Assembly (NCBI RefSeq): GCF_009914755.1
Contig: NC_060945.1
DNA length: 64,000 nt
Reading direction: 5' to 3' (one strand)
From: the human T2T-CHM13v2.0 reference genome, Homo sapiens
Position 1 is the first letter of the stretch. Each line of letters starts with the position of its first letter. Below the pieces are notes generated by a model. That model made no database searches and had not been told where the DNA came from. It saw only the letters and a program-made list of their open reading frames with translations. Both the position numbers and the translations under genes were made by a program. This document shows, in pieces, positions 27,290 through 42,224 of the stretch.

Positions 27290-28890
27290 TAATGGTACCT
27301 AACTGATTGTGATTGTGACTTGACAAAAAGAGGACAGACTATGCGTGTCTCTACTTTTGCTGTGTTGGTTCCTCAGCTGCCTTTGCAAAGAGAGTCTTTA
27401 TGGTTACTTAATTTTGAAGGAAGAAGTTCTAATCATTGTCACTGATAATAGCATGTATCACTAACTAGCTGAGCTAACCAGCCACATATTTGATGCCAAA
27501 GTAAGTATCCAGTTTGATTGCTAGGTGTGCATATGGGAGTTGTCTGATAAATAAAATAATTTATTAGAAAACAAGAAAGCAGACTATCCAAAAAGCCATA
27601 TTTCATGTGATATAGATCGAGGAAAAAAATCATTTACTAAAATATAGAAAATTGCTTATATTTGGAGGCCACCATAATTTAAATTCCTGCTCTATTAATT
27701 TGAAATATTCTCCCTAAAAAACTGATCTGTTTTTTGAAATGTTTTACAATTCCTCTCTTATATATCTGTTGGGAGAAATACATATATGTTTAATGTGCTT
27801 GGTCAAAATCAACATTGAGATTAATGAAGTCATGTATAATGAATCTACATGAAATAATTCAATTATGAGAAAGTGCATTTGGATGAATCCAGGAAGTTTA
27901 CTATTTATTTTCCTTAATTAATTTAATGTCAAGAGGGCTTCTTACAAAATTTATGAGACTCTGTGAACTTAATTGCTTTTCCCAGATTTTAATACCATAC
28001 GGCGAATGTATCTTCCATAAAAAATTGAAATTGTTTTCCTCATTTTGATTTGCAACAGTGGTATTTATCAGGCTCTGTTTTATAGTTCTATAGTATATTT
28101 TATTTCATGAGTGCTCATTATTGATAGTTATTAGCAATTTCTTTCAATTTTAAAGTAATTATAAATGATATATAATACGCATTTTTACTTCAATTCAAAA
28201 TAATGAATGAGAGGGTAGTACTATTCTTTTTAGTTAGTCTAAATGTATACAGGTTGACTTTATAAGGACACAAACATTCCATCTTCACAGTGATGTTAGA
28301 AATCACTGAAGGGTTAACAGTTGGTTGTCACTATTGTCTGGGATTTTAAAATCTGAGAATGCCTCAACAAAACAGCGCCAAAGATAATGTTTAAATATTA
28401 GTGTTTATTAAAGTCATCCAAGAAACACTGCCCAGTCTTTAGAGTTAACTGCTGTTAGATTCAGATTTCTTGATTAAAGCCGGAAGCAATTTAAAATTTT
28501 AAAGTTGGGCCAGAGGAAGGTCTTATTCATACCTTTGCCCTAACAGAAAGCGAATTCATATATGCCACACCAAATTATGGGCATATATTTATAATATTGA
28601 AAACTAATTCTATTTCTTTGTCTTTAAACATCTTGTTCAGTAAACCTGCTGAATACTGTGCAAAGGATTTGGATTTTTATAAAATCAAGAACTCTTCAAG
28701 TATTTCCTCTACCAATCAAGTTTTCATTTCTGTTCTGAAGACTCAGTTATCTTTTACTTCTTACATCAGTTAGCTATTGCTGAGTAACAAATTACTCTAA
28801 AAGGTACTGTCTTAAAGCAACAATCATGTATTATTTCTCATGAGTTTACAGGCTGGCTGAGCTTGCAAGTTTACAGGGTGTGCTGATTTT

Positions 28891-29192
<302 letters not shown>

Positions 29193-29407
29193 GGGTCTGC
29201 TGATCTTGGCTGGGCTTGGCTGGCCAACACTACACTCATTACCACTAAGTAACAAACAAATACAGATTTGTTCTCATCTCTGGAAGTTCATCTGAGACCC
29301 ATTCACATGCATATCTGGCAGTCAGGTGGCTGTTAGCTGATCCAGGATGGTCTCAGGCAAGAAAATTTTCTGTTTCATATGTCTCTCATTCCTCAATAGA
29401 TCATCTG

Positions 29408-29960
29408 TGTCAGGAGTCCCCAAGACTCTTCCTCAGAGTCATTGATTCTAGCAGGAATCATAGGACTTCTCATATACTCATACTCATGGCTATGATTTAT
29501 TATAGGAAAAGGATACAAAACAAAATTGGCAAAATCAAAAGGCATGTGGGGCAAAGTCCTGAGAAAACCAGGAATAAGCTCCCAAGAGATCTCTCTCAGT
29601 GGAGTTACACAGGATATGTTTAATTCTCCTGGCAATGAATTGTAACCACACATTTGAAATGTTGTCTACCAGGGAAGTTCATTGGAGATTCTGTGTCCAG
29701 AGTTTGTATTAGGGGCTGGTTACATAAGCACCCTCTGCCTGGCTCATACCAAAACTCCAGAATCTCAGAATGGCAGCAAGTATTCAGCATAAACCATGCG
29801 GTTTGCACAGTTTAGGTCTAGTGAGACACTCTTACCAATTAGAGTGGTGGGAACATTCCCAAAATCCAAGTTTCCAGATGCCAGCTGAGGGCCCATCTTG
29901 CACGTAGGTGTTTCCAAGGATAGCAGTCTCAGGCTTGCTATGTTAATGCTTTTCTGGATA
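29408..29960 (-). mobile_element. MER21 (C-like) LTR
   Basis: tgtcaggagtccccaagac...tactcatggctatgatttattataggaaaaggatacaaa...gtctcaggcttgctatgttaa. Confidence 0.85.
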
Positions 29961-31542
29961 TTATCCCAGGCTTGTATTCTGATTAAGGCAAAGTTCCAAC
30001 AGGCAAGTGGAAGCTCAAAAGGTCTCTTGAAGCCTAGGCTAGGAATTGGCATACATTGACTTCTGACATAACCTATTGACTAAAATGACTTTCAAGGTTC
30101 AAGAGGAGAGGAAACAGACTCAATCTCTTTATTGGAGTGGTTCGCAAGACCACATCATGAAGGGTATGGATACTCATCATTTGGGACCATAAATGCAATT
30201 AATCTATCATGCTTCCCAAACTTTAATCCTTTGCCTTACAGTTTTGAGAAACTTATGACTTGCCCTGTCCTATCCATGCAGTTCCATTTCATAATGAGCT
30301 TTGATCACAATTTCTTTCCAACTACCTCTGGATAAGATTCTTAGCATTTTCCAAAAGGTAATTCTTAACCTCGGTTCACTATGGTGTCTGTTGCAAATCT
30401 GAATGCCTTGGGTCAGCTGTTTGGATTCTGTAATTTCTTTCTTCACTTGTAAAGTGTGGGTTTGCAGTAAAACAGCCGCAACCTCTCGGGGATTTGGGAA
30501 ATCACTCTTTAGGCAATCCAGAATGAATCTCCATCAACTTCAGCTCCAGAGACTCAAATGTCTACATTCTACTGATGAACTGCAGTCACTGTCACACCCA
30601 AGAGATTTGAAACTCAACTGGACTGAGTTCTCTAAATAGCAGCCAAATCCAGGACCAATCCCATCTCTAGGAGTCTAAGTCTGTAACTTTCCAAGAGCTT
30701 ATCCAGAGCTTCTTGGGCGGCTGGTAGAGAATACTTTAGGAAAAATTCCAGGACAGTCCAGTACAGATCCCAAATTCTGGTTTGGGGAGAGACTAATTGC
30801 ATGGAAATTAGAAATAATTGAGGCCCAACACTCATTTCCCTTGACATTTTTAGTCTAGTTATGTTCAAACCAGAGCATGTCACTAGTAGGAGAACTTGAT
30901 GGCTTTTATTGGTAAAATGGCACATATGTAGCAGTTTCTTTTTAGTGGAGTACAGTCTTAATACCCAAAATAGCAGATATTAGCATGGACTTTAGAGGAA
31001 CATTCCTCTTAGGACTCTTTCCCGGACAATATAATTCCTCCCCACGACATTTCCTTGGCAGGACAATCTGACTAACTTTGTCTCAGCCCAGACATGACAA
31101 CACTAACTGCTCTTTCTCCTGAGCTAATGATCTTCTCTCTCTCATTACCTTCTTCCCACATTCATTTGGCCTTACTTTTAAAGCTAATTCAACAATGTCA
31201 TCCCTGATATAATGACTCTTGAATAAAGCACCATTCCTTTCAATGAAGAACTGTGTATAATATTTTAAAGGTGGAAATTTTGAAGTGAATTTTTTATAAA
31301 AAAAAAACTTTTTGGTTCTCAACAAACACTGTTAAGTGTATAATTTAATATTCAAAGTAAAGCTACACAATTGAAAAGATGCTTATATTTTATAAAAACT
31401 AGTCTATTCTCAGTTAAGACCTCAATAAGTTTAAAGGGCAAAATAGTTTTTTTTCTCATCTGAATGACATGCTTTGCTAAAATTGCCCAGAAGACAGTAC
31501 TTGTCTGATTGTGCTTCAAGTAAATTATTTTAAAATAAATAT

Positions 31543-31770
31543 CTAGCTTACATTTGAGTACTTATTATGGGGAAAAGGCATTACATAGAGGACTTTACAT
31601 ATCTTATCATATATATCAGCCATATATTAAGTAACCTGTTCAGGGGTACTATTTTGCAGATGAAAGCCTCAGACTTACAGAGGTTTAGTAGCTTAATCAA
31701 GAACAGACTGAAGTTGAGGAGAGCCAGGTTAGCACTGGAATTCAGGTCTGTCTGACTCAAGAGACCAAGC
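31543..31770 (-). mobile_element. MIR
   Basis: ctattttgcagatgaaagcctcagacttacagaggtttagtagctt...ggaattcaggtctgtctgactc. Confidence 0.75.
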
Positions 31771-32769
31771 CTGACTTAAAATAGTCAATATACTTGGATG
31801 TATTCCAAATATCAATACAGGCATGCATGTGCACACACACACAGATTTAGACAGTATTTGAACACTTTAAAAACGTTATCCCCAAAATGACTTTGTGATT
31901 CTGAAAACAAGATTATTTAATATGTTAATCATGTGCCATAACTCTAAAGAAGCCACTTAAATATGTTATACTGACTATATCCTGGAATGTTCCCTCAGAT
32001 TCTAAGACTTAGAAGATTGTTGCTAAGATGTTGTTTCTTTTTCCAAAATGATGATTCTTGGCAGGCAGAGTATGGTTTTATTCACAGGAACATTGTCTTA
32101 GGGAAATTTCTTGGTAGGAAAATTTTGAAGAGAATTTATAGAAAATGCTGCATAGAAAACTTCCTTTCCAAGGCAGGCTGTAAGAAGACTGGCCCTGTCA
32201 GAAAAAAATGCCTAAGAAAAGATTCCAAAATGAATCACAGAGACTTTCTTAAAAAGACTATAATAAATATTACAAACATACACCCTCACAGAGTGATGAA
32301 TTTAACTTTACTCAATGGAATTTTATCAAAAGCATAATAGAGATATGCTATTATGGTTCCTTTCTTTGTTTACTTAACTATTTCTGGTAGGTCTTATCCA
32401 TGAACTTGGGTAATGGGAAGCCCCGAATAGGGGGAAATATATTGTTATTTAGATAAAATAATTATGGATGTATTAACTTGATGACTGCATGAACATCAAA
32501 CATTGACTTTAAAAAGATATTTGGGAAAGTAAAAATGTTTTCCCGTTGAGATCTTTGGAAGAAACAGAAGTGGTAACCCCCAAGAAGGCACTTTGATTTT
32601 GAGATGCATCAATTTCCCACACTCCAGATAATCTAGAACTCAGAGTGCTGTTAAAGGAAGACCCTCTAGTGTCCAGGGTGCATGATGGAACGTTAGTGAA
32701 AGTCATGGAACCAGGTGTATGCAATAGTTCAGAGAGAGGAAGTAAGACTATCATTCTACCTTGGCACAA

Positions 32770-33009
32770 TAAAAATACTAGCTAGCACTCATTTGAAGCG
32801 TGTTAAAATCCAAGAACTGTATTAGGTATATTGAATGTATTAACTTAATACATTTCTAAAGTATTTTTTTCTCTCCCTTTTATAGATTCAGAGCCTGAGG
32901 CAATAGATTAGGTAACCTGTCTCTGCTAACACAGAGTCAATGTAATATAGCCACTTGAACACTGGCATTGTTCTTTTGAATCTTTTCATCCTATTCACTC
33001 ACTATGCTG
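32770..33009 (-). mobile_element. MIR
   Basis: cccttttatagattcagagcctgaggcaatagattaggtaacctg core. Confidence 0.6.
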
Positions 33010-34917
33010 CGTCTGAAATAACATCAGAGCTGATGGGTTTGAGCACTTAGCTTTGAAATCACCTTTCGTTATTAGAGGCCCAATGCACTCTCCGTCACAC
33101 TACAGCCACCTATGATCCTAGACACATCCTACAACTAGGAAGAGAGGAAGAAACTAAGAAGAACTGAATGTTCCCACCAAGCCCAAATTTGTGTCACTGC
33201 AGTGATATTCCAGGCAATATAAACCTAAGTAGTGCAGAAAGAGTAGCCCCTTGAGAAATGACCTACTGCACCCAAAACCTTTTCCAAATCTTGGCCAAAC
33301 TACTCCACGTCATCAAAAAGAAGCCAGAAAGGAACTCCAAGGTCAGGACTCTGTGCACCACAGCCATCTTCTTACTACACATATCTCTTAACATTCTATT
33401 CTATTTTTCTCCTTTTTTTTTTTTCCTTTTCCTGGGATGGCTTATGTCCTGCCAATTCTCTTTCCAAAGTCTTTCTCTCCTTGAACTTACTGCCAAAAGG
33501 CATTATTAAATGTGCTTTTCCACACTGGAATGGTGAGGGATACAACCAGAAGAAGGAGTCCTTATCCTGTCTCTTTTCCTTCTGATATTTTCCTTTGCAT
33601 TTATGATGACTATTTTCAAACTTACACTCCCAGTGACTGCTTTCTGTGCCAGTTCTCTCATTTCTACCCATATCCCACTTTCAGAACTTAAGATCTGGGA
33701 TTTTTGCTTGAAAGACAGTTTCTGCAAAACAACTTATTTGCCAACATTCAAGCAACAAGTTCAATAACCAGAAAGCAAACATAAATAAATTCAAATTTCT
33801 AGATACAACCTTACATTAGGAAAATCCAATGTGGAGCACAGAGGGTTCAGTTATGTGATGTGCTTGGTTCCCCTCATCATTCCCAGCCATTTGGAGAAAC
33901 ATTTAAGATGACCTTTCCAAGAATAATTCTCTCAGATGACAACCACCAGTAGGAGAAGTCTTTGGAAGGTCTCCTTGGAGAACCATGGGCTGTATTCTTT
34001 GTTAGGATACCTCTCTAAGCTGCAAGGTATTAATTCAGATTTCCTTCCCATGCATTGTGTCCTTGTTTACACAGAGACAGTTTTTCTCCAACTATAAGAA
34101 CATTTGATTTATAATTCTGAAGGGCCACATGTTTTAAAACTGTGTTTGGAAAATTTCCCCAGCCTTCATGATTTTCATTTTCTACCTTGCAAAGTGAGCA
34201 GCTTATACCAAGCCATTCCAGTTTAGCACCATAGTCCATATGCAGAGCTTGGGCTGTGTTAGAATGATAACATTGAGCTATATTTTAGAAAAAAAATATG
34301 TATAGAAAAAAAGAATTCATCCACTTAGATGAGTCAGGTGTGCAGATACGACCATTCAGGCAGCACAACACCTAACTGTCATTTTTTGACACTATGAAAA
34401 ATTTTTTATGAAGACATAGTTAAAGAATTCTGCCTTATATGCAAACAAATACGTATATACCAGTAGAAAGCTTAAATGTGGATGGAGTTCAATTTCTCTA
34501 AATATATGTTTTAGGACCATAAAATTAAACATCAACAAGAAGTTAGGCTCCAACCATTTCACACTTCAATTTCTTCTTATTTACCAACATATTATGTAAT
34601 TTTTACTTCATATCTAAAAATGTTTTCTATCATTCATTTATTGAAATTGCTGAAGAATTTTTTATATTTTCAAATATAATTTTATGTAATTTCCCCTCTG
34701 TGTAAACAATTTATGCAGATTTTATAGATATCAAATTCAGAATCAAATAATGATAATCAAGGTTTGAGTGGTGATTTACCTCTCTGAACACATTGACCTG
34801 TCTCTTGTTAAAAAGCACATCAATATTTGCTAAGTATGGGATATTTTAATTTAATGAATTCAGAGTTTTAAAAATCAAGGATTTCTAGTGTTTGAAAAAA
34901 AAAAAATTAGAAAATCA

Positions 34918-35215
34918 GGCCAGATGCAGTGGCTCACACCTGTAATCCCAGCACTGTGGGAGACCAAGGTGGTTGGATCACTTGAGGTCAGGAGTTCAAG
35001 ACCAGCCTGAACAACATGGTAAAACCCCATCTCCACTAAAAATACAAAAATTAGCTGGGTATGGTGTTGGGTGCCTGTAATCCCAGCTACTCAGGAGGCA
35101 GAGGCAGGAGAATTACTTGAACCTGGGAAGCAGAGGTTGCAGTGAGCCAAGATCATGCCACTGTACTGCAGTGGAGTGAGACTCTGTCTCAAAAAAAAAA
35201 AAAAAAAAAAAAAAA
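34918..35215 (+). mobile_element. AluS
   Basis: Dimer with a small 3' deletion; poly-A 35191-35215. Confidence 0.95.
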
Positions 35216-36530
35216 TCCAAATATTCTGGAATTCTCTTCAACATTTTGACTAATTACCACATGGCCTTGTCGTAGTCCTAGAATGTCAGTACCTGAGGAA
35301 ACTTCTGGTTGGAAAAGCTTTTTTTTTTTTGCACTCAGGACTAAATTTCTCTTTTTGGTTTGATTTTTTTCCTCTGAGCCAAATTTGAATAAGCCTGGTA
35401 ATTTTTACCCAAGATAATTCCTCACATATTTGATAATAGCTATTCCATTCTCTATAAAATTTATCTTTACAGAATGTTTGTATAAGTCATAATAAATAAA
35501 ACTAAAAAAACTAAAGACGTGATTTCTTCAAGTTCATGTAATTATATTAGACCCATGTTGTTATATTTTACATATTGAAAAGAAAAATAAAAGTAAAAGT
35601 CAGGACTAGAAAAACATTAGTAGAAAACAAAATACATATTTGTTTTTAAAGTTAAATTTCTCAATTAAATATTGTGAGCATATCAGATATCTAAGTGTAC
35701 TATTGTATCATTCAAAAGTCTGCATTATACTATTAATATAATCTAAATGGTTTTAATAGTTTCTATTTTCAAAAGATCTAGTAATAGGCTTAATTCAGTA
35801 TAAAACATCTACCATATCATTTTTATCTTTATTGATGAAACACAAGACATGGACAACTGACCCACTGTTTTACAAAAGTGATTTCTTTTTGTGATATGAG
35901 TGCTTGTTTAGTCTAAAAATAACAAAGCTAATGTTAAAAAATATAATAGACTATTCTGTTGGCTTTGCTATAACAAATGGAACAGTGTATCACTTCGGAT
36001 GTACTTGTCATTATTGAACAAAACATAAAGTTAATGAGATGGTGTCCTTAAGACATAAGTATGGTTCTCCAGATGGTAATGAATTTAGACTTTAGTCTCT
36101 CTTCTCGGCAGACTCTCATATCTAATTTGTTGAGATTTTGCACTGCTTTCTTATGAATTATTCTATTTGACAGGTAATATGACATAAAAGATTTCCTTGA
36201 CAGGTAGTATTTTAGAAATGTAATATTTGTACCTTTTATTTTTAAAGGGTGGGCCCCTTAGATCATTTCCATAGATGAAGTAACATCATGAAAAAAATAA
36301 ATGTTCTTTCCTGGCCTTCAATGTTACTGGTCTCCTATTGATGCGAATGTAAGTTATTAATGCATTATTTACATTGTTAGCAACCTTGATAATATACGGG
36401 GCATCTGAATTTATCTACAGCTTTGAACCATCATCTCCAAAGCCTCTCCCATGCTTTCTATTTTCCTTGAAAATCCTTTTCTGTCTTAACACATATTCAC
36501 GTTTGTATCTTATTAGCTTTATTTTCTTGT

Positions 36531-36800
36531 TTTTTTTTTTGAGACGGAGTCTCGTTCTGTCGCCCAGGCTGGACTGCAGTGGCCCTATCTCGGCTCACTG
36601 CAAGCTCCGCCTCCCGGGTTCATGCCATTCTCCTGCCTCAGCCTCCTGAGCAGCTGGGACTACAGGCTCCCACCACCACGCCCGACTAATTTTTTGTATT
36701 TTTAGTAGAGACGGGGTTTCACCGTGTTAGCCAGGATGGTCTCTATCTCCTGACCTCGTGATCCACCCGCCTCGGCCTCCCAAAGTCCTGCGATTACAGG
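36531..36800 (-). mobile_element. AluY, slightly 5'-truncated
   Basis: gcaagctccgcctcccgggttcatgccattc and accgtgttagccaggatgg diagnostics; TSD atta(g/a)ctttattttc at 36512-36526 and 36801-36815. Confidence 0.95.
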
Positions 36801-37645
36801 ATTAACTTTATTTTCATGTGTTTCATAACGCTGACTGCTAACCCTTGAGATCTGAACAGTTAAGTTTATTTATATTTTGTTTTCACATTTGTATTTGTCC
36901 CATGATTAACGTAATTGTTCTTGACTTGAGTTGTCTTGATGTTAGCAGTCAAGTTGGTGAAGGATATTACCAACAAATTACTCTGCTTAAAGTAGCTGTA
37001 CTCAGTTCGGGCCAAATATTAGCCGTCAGTTACTGTTACACGCAATTTTGGGGTCACTTCCTGACCTCTTATTCTTACGCACAACTGCCGTGGATATCAG
37101 CATCAGTGCAACTGGAACTGAGCGTGAGTGTCCAGCTAGGACTTGGCGTGGAAGTCACTGACAGCAGAACTTGGCTCAGGATTTGTTTAAATGGAGTAGC
37201 TCATGTTGGACTACAGGAAAGAGGAAAAAGAAAATAAAGGAAACTTCTGCCTATTTTGGAGTTGTCTAGCAGGACAAAATGCTTGAAGCTTGGAATATGA
37301 AACAAATGAATTACAGAAGATTTTGTGATATGACATTAAAAATCAGAAAGCCTACATGATAAATTTAATTCCTTACAATGAAAAACCACCCATAGAAAAT
37401 AAGTAAGTCAACAAATCAATCATGTTATTCATTTCTTATCTTTTTCCAGCATATCCTGAAATCTGCTCAAGGGCTTCCCAGTTTTCCCTTTCAAGTCGAC
37501 TGTCAGCAAAGGATTCTGATTTTATCCAATGTAAATTCTTTCATACCCTTGTCTCTTGCTCTCAAATACCTGGCTTCATACTTTCTGTCACAGATGTGAA
37601 GGTGTCTTTCTTCTTAAACTCTCCACTCACTGACTCTCTTGATCT

Positions 37646-37780
37646 TAATTTTTGTATTTTTAGTAGAGACGGGTTTCACCATGTTGGCCAGGCTGGTCTT
37701 GAACTTCTGACCTGAGGTGATCCACACACCTCAGCTTCTTAAAATGCTGGATTTACAGGCATGAGCCACCGCGCCTGGCC
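37646..37780 (-). mobile_element. Alu left arm only
   Basis: taatttttgtatttttagtagagac...gcgcctggcc; right arm absent. Confidence 0.9.
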
Positions 37781-37793
37781 CCTGTGCATTCTT

Positions 37794-38094
37794 TTTTTTT
37801 CTTTTCTTTTTTTGAGACAGAGTCTTGCTCTGTTGCCAGGCTGGAGTGCAGTGGCACGATCTCGGCTCACTGCAACCTCCGCCTCCTGGGGGTTCAAGCG
37901 ATTCTCCTGCCTCAGCCTTCCGAGTAGCTGGGACTACAGGCACGCACCACCATGCCTGGCTAATTTTTGTATTTTTAGTAGAGACGGGGTTTCACCATGT
38001 TGGCCAGGATGGTCTCGATCTGCTGACCTCGTGATCCGCCCACCTCGGCCTCCCAAAGTGCTGGGATTACAAGCGTGAGCCACCGTGCCCAGCC
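37794..38094 (-). mobile_element. AluS (AluSc-like)
   Basis: Full dimer; TSD ctgtgcattctt at 37782-37793 and 38097-38108. Confidence 0.95.
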
Positions 38095-38402
38095 CACTGT
38101 GCATTCTTAATTCAGATATTGGAGAGTGAGATCTCTCTGATGAAATTCACTGGACGAAGATTTTGCCCTGGATTACCTGATAGACTGGAGTTACCCTGTT
38201 AAATGTTTGTCTTTGATAACCAGTCTTGGTCCAGTCACTTCTGGGCTGAATGAACAGGATTATATGATAATAAACATTGATATCTACAGCCATGAAGATG
38301 ATAAAATAGCTTCATTTAGTCAGGTCGGGGGGTGTTTCCAGCCAGGTTTCGAGTGTAAGTTTGTCATTTTCTCCTCTGCCATCAAATTTGCACATTCCCA
38401 GC

Positions 38403-38592
38403 CAGTGCTCCACCCATCTTGAGATCAAAATTTAAGAAGCATCAAAACATTCACTAATCAAGGTAAATAACATTTTAAGTGCAACATTTAAAATCAAAAT
38501 TTATACAAAAAAATACATGGTGAACAAAATATCAAAATGTATTACTGGTTTTTCCTGTTCCTCAGGCTTTACTATGGCCTGGTTTGGCACTG
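38403..38592. mobile_element. MER96B-like hAT element
   Basis: caaaatttaag...gaacaaaatatcaaaat...gtattactggtttttcc...ctcaggct...ggtttggcactg. Confidence 0.7.
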
Positions 38593-38949
38593 ATCCCAAC
38601 TGCTCCAACTAAAATAAAATAAAAATGTGCCCTTTTTAGTTACAGTTTTGCTTGTTCCTTCCTGCAAGCCTGCTAAGTCTATTTCTTTGAGGTCTATTTC
38701 TGCTGAATCTGTTTTGAAATATAAATATTTGGACATTTAATTCTATATGGTTAAGAGACTTCCTAATTCAGAGCAGATTTTGTGATTATACATAGTTAGG
38801 AAAACTCTCACTAGATAGATTCATGGTTCTTGCTAAAATTGAAGGTACAGATAAAAGGGGAAAGAAGCAAAGCATAAAAAATTTGAAACAATGGTGTAAA
38901 AATGTGTTGGGGAATCATAATAGGGCTCAGGGCTACTGAGAAAACATAA

Positions 38950-39714
<765 letters not shown>

Positions 39715-39827
39715 ACGGGGACATGTAGTTAGCTCCAAAACCAGTCTTACTTTTTTACTTTATTGAAGGATATCAATGTTTTATTTGCTTGAGATAAGTT
39801 AGTTAATATACAATTTCATTTATACAG

Positions 39828-40138
39828 TTTTTTTATTTATTTTATTTTTTTATTTTTTGACACGGAGTCTCACTCTGTCACCCAGGCTGGAGTGCGGTGG
39901 TGCAATCTTGGCTCACAGAAAGCTCCGCCTCCCAGGTTCACGCATTCTCCTGCCTCAGCCTCCTGAGTAGCTGGGACTACGGGCATCTGCCAACAAGCCC
40001 GGCTAATTTTTTGTATTTTTAGTACAGATGGAGTTTCACCATGTTGGCCAGGATGGCCTCGATCTCCTGACCTCGTGATCCGCCCGTCTCGGCCGCCCAA
40101 AGTGCTGGGATTACAGGCGTGAGCCACCGTGCCCAGCC
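39828..40138 (-). mobile_element. Alu (Sc/Y-like)
   Basis: Full antisense dimer with (T)nA-type tail. Confidence 0.95.
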
Positions 40139-40371
40139 TATTTAGTTCTTATAGAGAAGGAATATGTTAAATGAATTGTTATCTTAAAATAACTCTTTAG
40201 GGAATGGTGAGATAGCTACAAGAGGTATCTGCTATTCAGGTCTGAATACCATCTCACCTTTAAAGAAGAATATCCTTATAATGAAGCATTGTTCTTTCTA
40301 GCCTGTTCACTAGGTAGAGAAGCAAACATGACAGGGAGTAAATCATACATTTTTTCTTCTGAGAGTATTTC

Positions 40372-40998
40372 TTTTTTATTTATTTATTTATTTTTAAATT
40401 TTATTATTATTATACTTTAAGTTTTGTGGTACAAGTGCACAATGTGCAGGTTTGTTGCATATGTATGCATGTGTCATGTTGGTGTGCTGTACCCATTAAC
40501 TTGTCATTTAACATTAGGTATATCTCCTAATGCTATCCCTCCCCCCTCCCCCCACGCCACAACAGTCCCTGGAGTGTGATGTTCCCCTTCCTGTGTCCAT
40601 GTGTTCTCATTGTTCAGTTCCCACCTATGAGTGAGAACATGCGGTGTTTGGTTTTTTGTCCTTGTGATAGTTTGCTGAGAATGATGGTTTCCAGTTTCAT
40701 CTATGTCCCTACAAAGGACATGAACTCATCATTTTTTATGGCTGCATAGTATTCCATGGTGTATATGTGCCACATTTTCTTAATCCAGTCTATTGTTGTT
40801 GGACATTTGTGTTGGTTCCAAGTCTTTGCTATTGTGAATAGTGCCACTATAAACATACATGTGCATGTGTGTTTATAGCAGCATGATTTATAATTCTTTG
40901 GGTATATACCCAATAATGGGATGGCTGGGTCAAATGGTATTTCTAGTTCTAGATCCCTGAGGAATCGCCACACTGACTTCCACAGTGGTTGAACTAGT
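40372..40998 (-). mobile_element. L1PA3/4-like 3' end, 5'-truncated
   Basis: ORF2 C-terminus LVQPLWKSVWRFLRDLELEIPFDPAIPLLGIYP...; intact 3'UTR; perfect 16-bp TSD agtaaatcatacattt at 40337-40352 and 40996-41011. Confidence 0.97.
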
Positions 40999-42224
40999 AA
41001 ATCATACATTTAACCAGAAATACATGTATTTGCTAACCTTGTTTCTTGATTCATTTATTTTTTTCAACATTCAATAAATATTTTTTTTTAGTTCCTACCA
41101 TGCGCCAAATAATATACTAGGCACTGGCACAGGAGTAGGTTTTATAGTACAGGAGTGAATACAAGAGTCAAGAATATATTTCTTAATGAGGCTCACATTT
41201 TAAGACAACTCAGCCATATTAGATGGCTATAGGTGCTCAAGAGAATAATAAAGTAAGGGAGATATGGAGTGAGGAGTTTGCAATGTTAGTTAAGATAGCT
41301 GAGAAGATGATATATGAGAAAAGAACTAAAGTGTAGAGTTAAACATGCAAATATCTGGGAGAAGCAGATTCTAGACAGAATAAAGAGCAAGGGCAAAGAC
41401 TGAGGAGGAAGTGTGCTTGGCAAGTTTAAGGAACAGCAACTATGGCTAAAGCTGAGTTAATAGAAAAGGATATAGGATAAGAGTAATGGTGGGGGGTGGT
41501 CAAATCAGGTAAAGCCTTGTTGGACATTGTAAAGAACTTTGGCTTCTCTTTTGAGAAATTGGAAAGGATAATTCTGAACAAAGAACGAAAAGAATTTCCC
41601 TGTATTTTAACAGGATCACACTGGTGAAAATTCTTAATAGACTGGAGCCGAATGAGAATGCGGAAATGGATGTAGGGATGCCTATTTGGAGGGTACTGCA
41701 ATACTCCAGGTGACAGATGTTGGTGGCTTGGACCAAGATGGTGGCAATAGAAGTTGTAACAGTGATTAGGATAGGGAATTCTTTGAAAGTAGATACCGTA
41801 AGATTTACTGATGATCTGAAGTATGAAGATATGAATGAAATGTGAGAAACAGAGAGGAGTACAAAATAACTTCATAAATTTTGGACTGAGGACTTGGAAA
41901 AAGAAACTGCCATTTCCTTAGAAGGGGAAGCTTCAGAAGACACAGATTTTTGTTTTTTTGTTTTGTTTTGTTTTTAAGTAAGGGTAGTGGTGGCAGGGAA
42001 GGGAGATAAGGAGTTCAGTTTAAGACATGCTTATTTTGAAATGCTCTTAGACATTCAAGTAGAGATATCTAATTGGTAATTGAATAGAGGAGCCTAAATT
42101 TCAGGGAAGAGTTTTCAGCTAGAGATATAAACTTAAAAGTTCTTGATATAATAATGATATTTACAGTGAGAAGACGGAAGGAATCATGAAGACAGTTAGT
42201 GAAGATGCAGAAAAAGAAATACAC

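Noticed and set aside
31083-31325. Minus-strand ORF with a possible exon (ACAG acceptor near 31252, GTAAGG/GTAATG donors)
   Set aside because: Weak pyrimidine tract, no recognisable homology and no partner exons.
40701-41009. 102-aa ORF with clear protein similarity
   Set aside because: It is the C-terminus of L1 ORF2 in a 5'-truncated copy with a premature stop, not a host gene; the same applies to 42824-43177.
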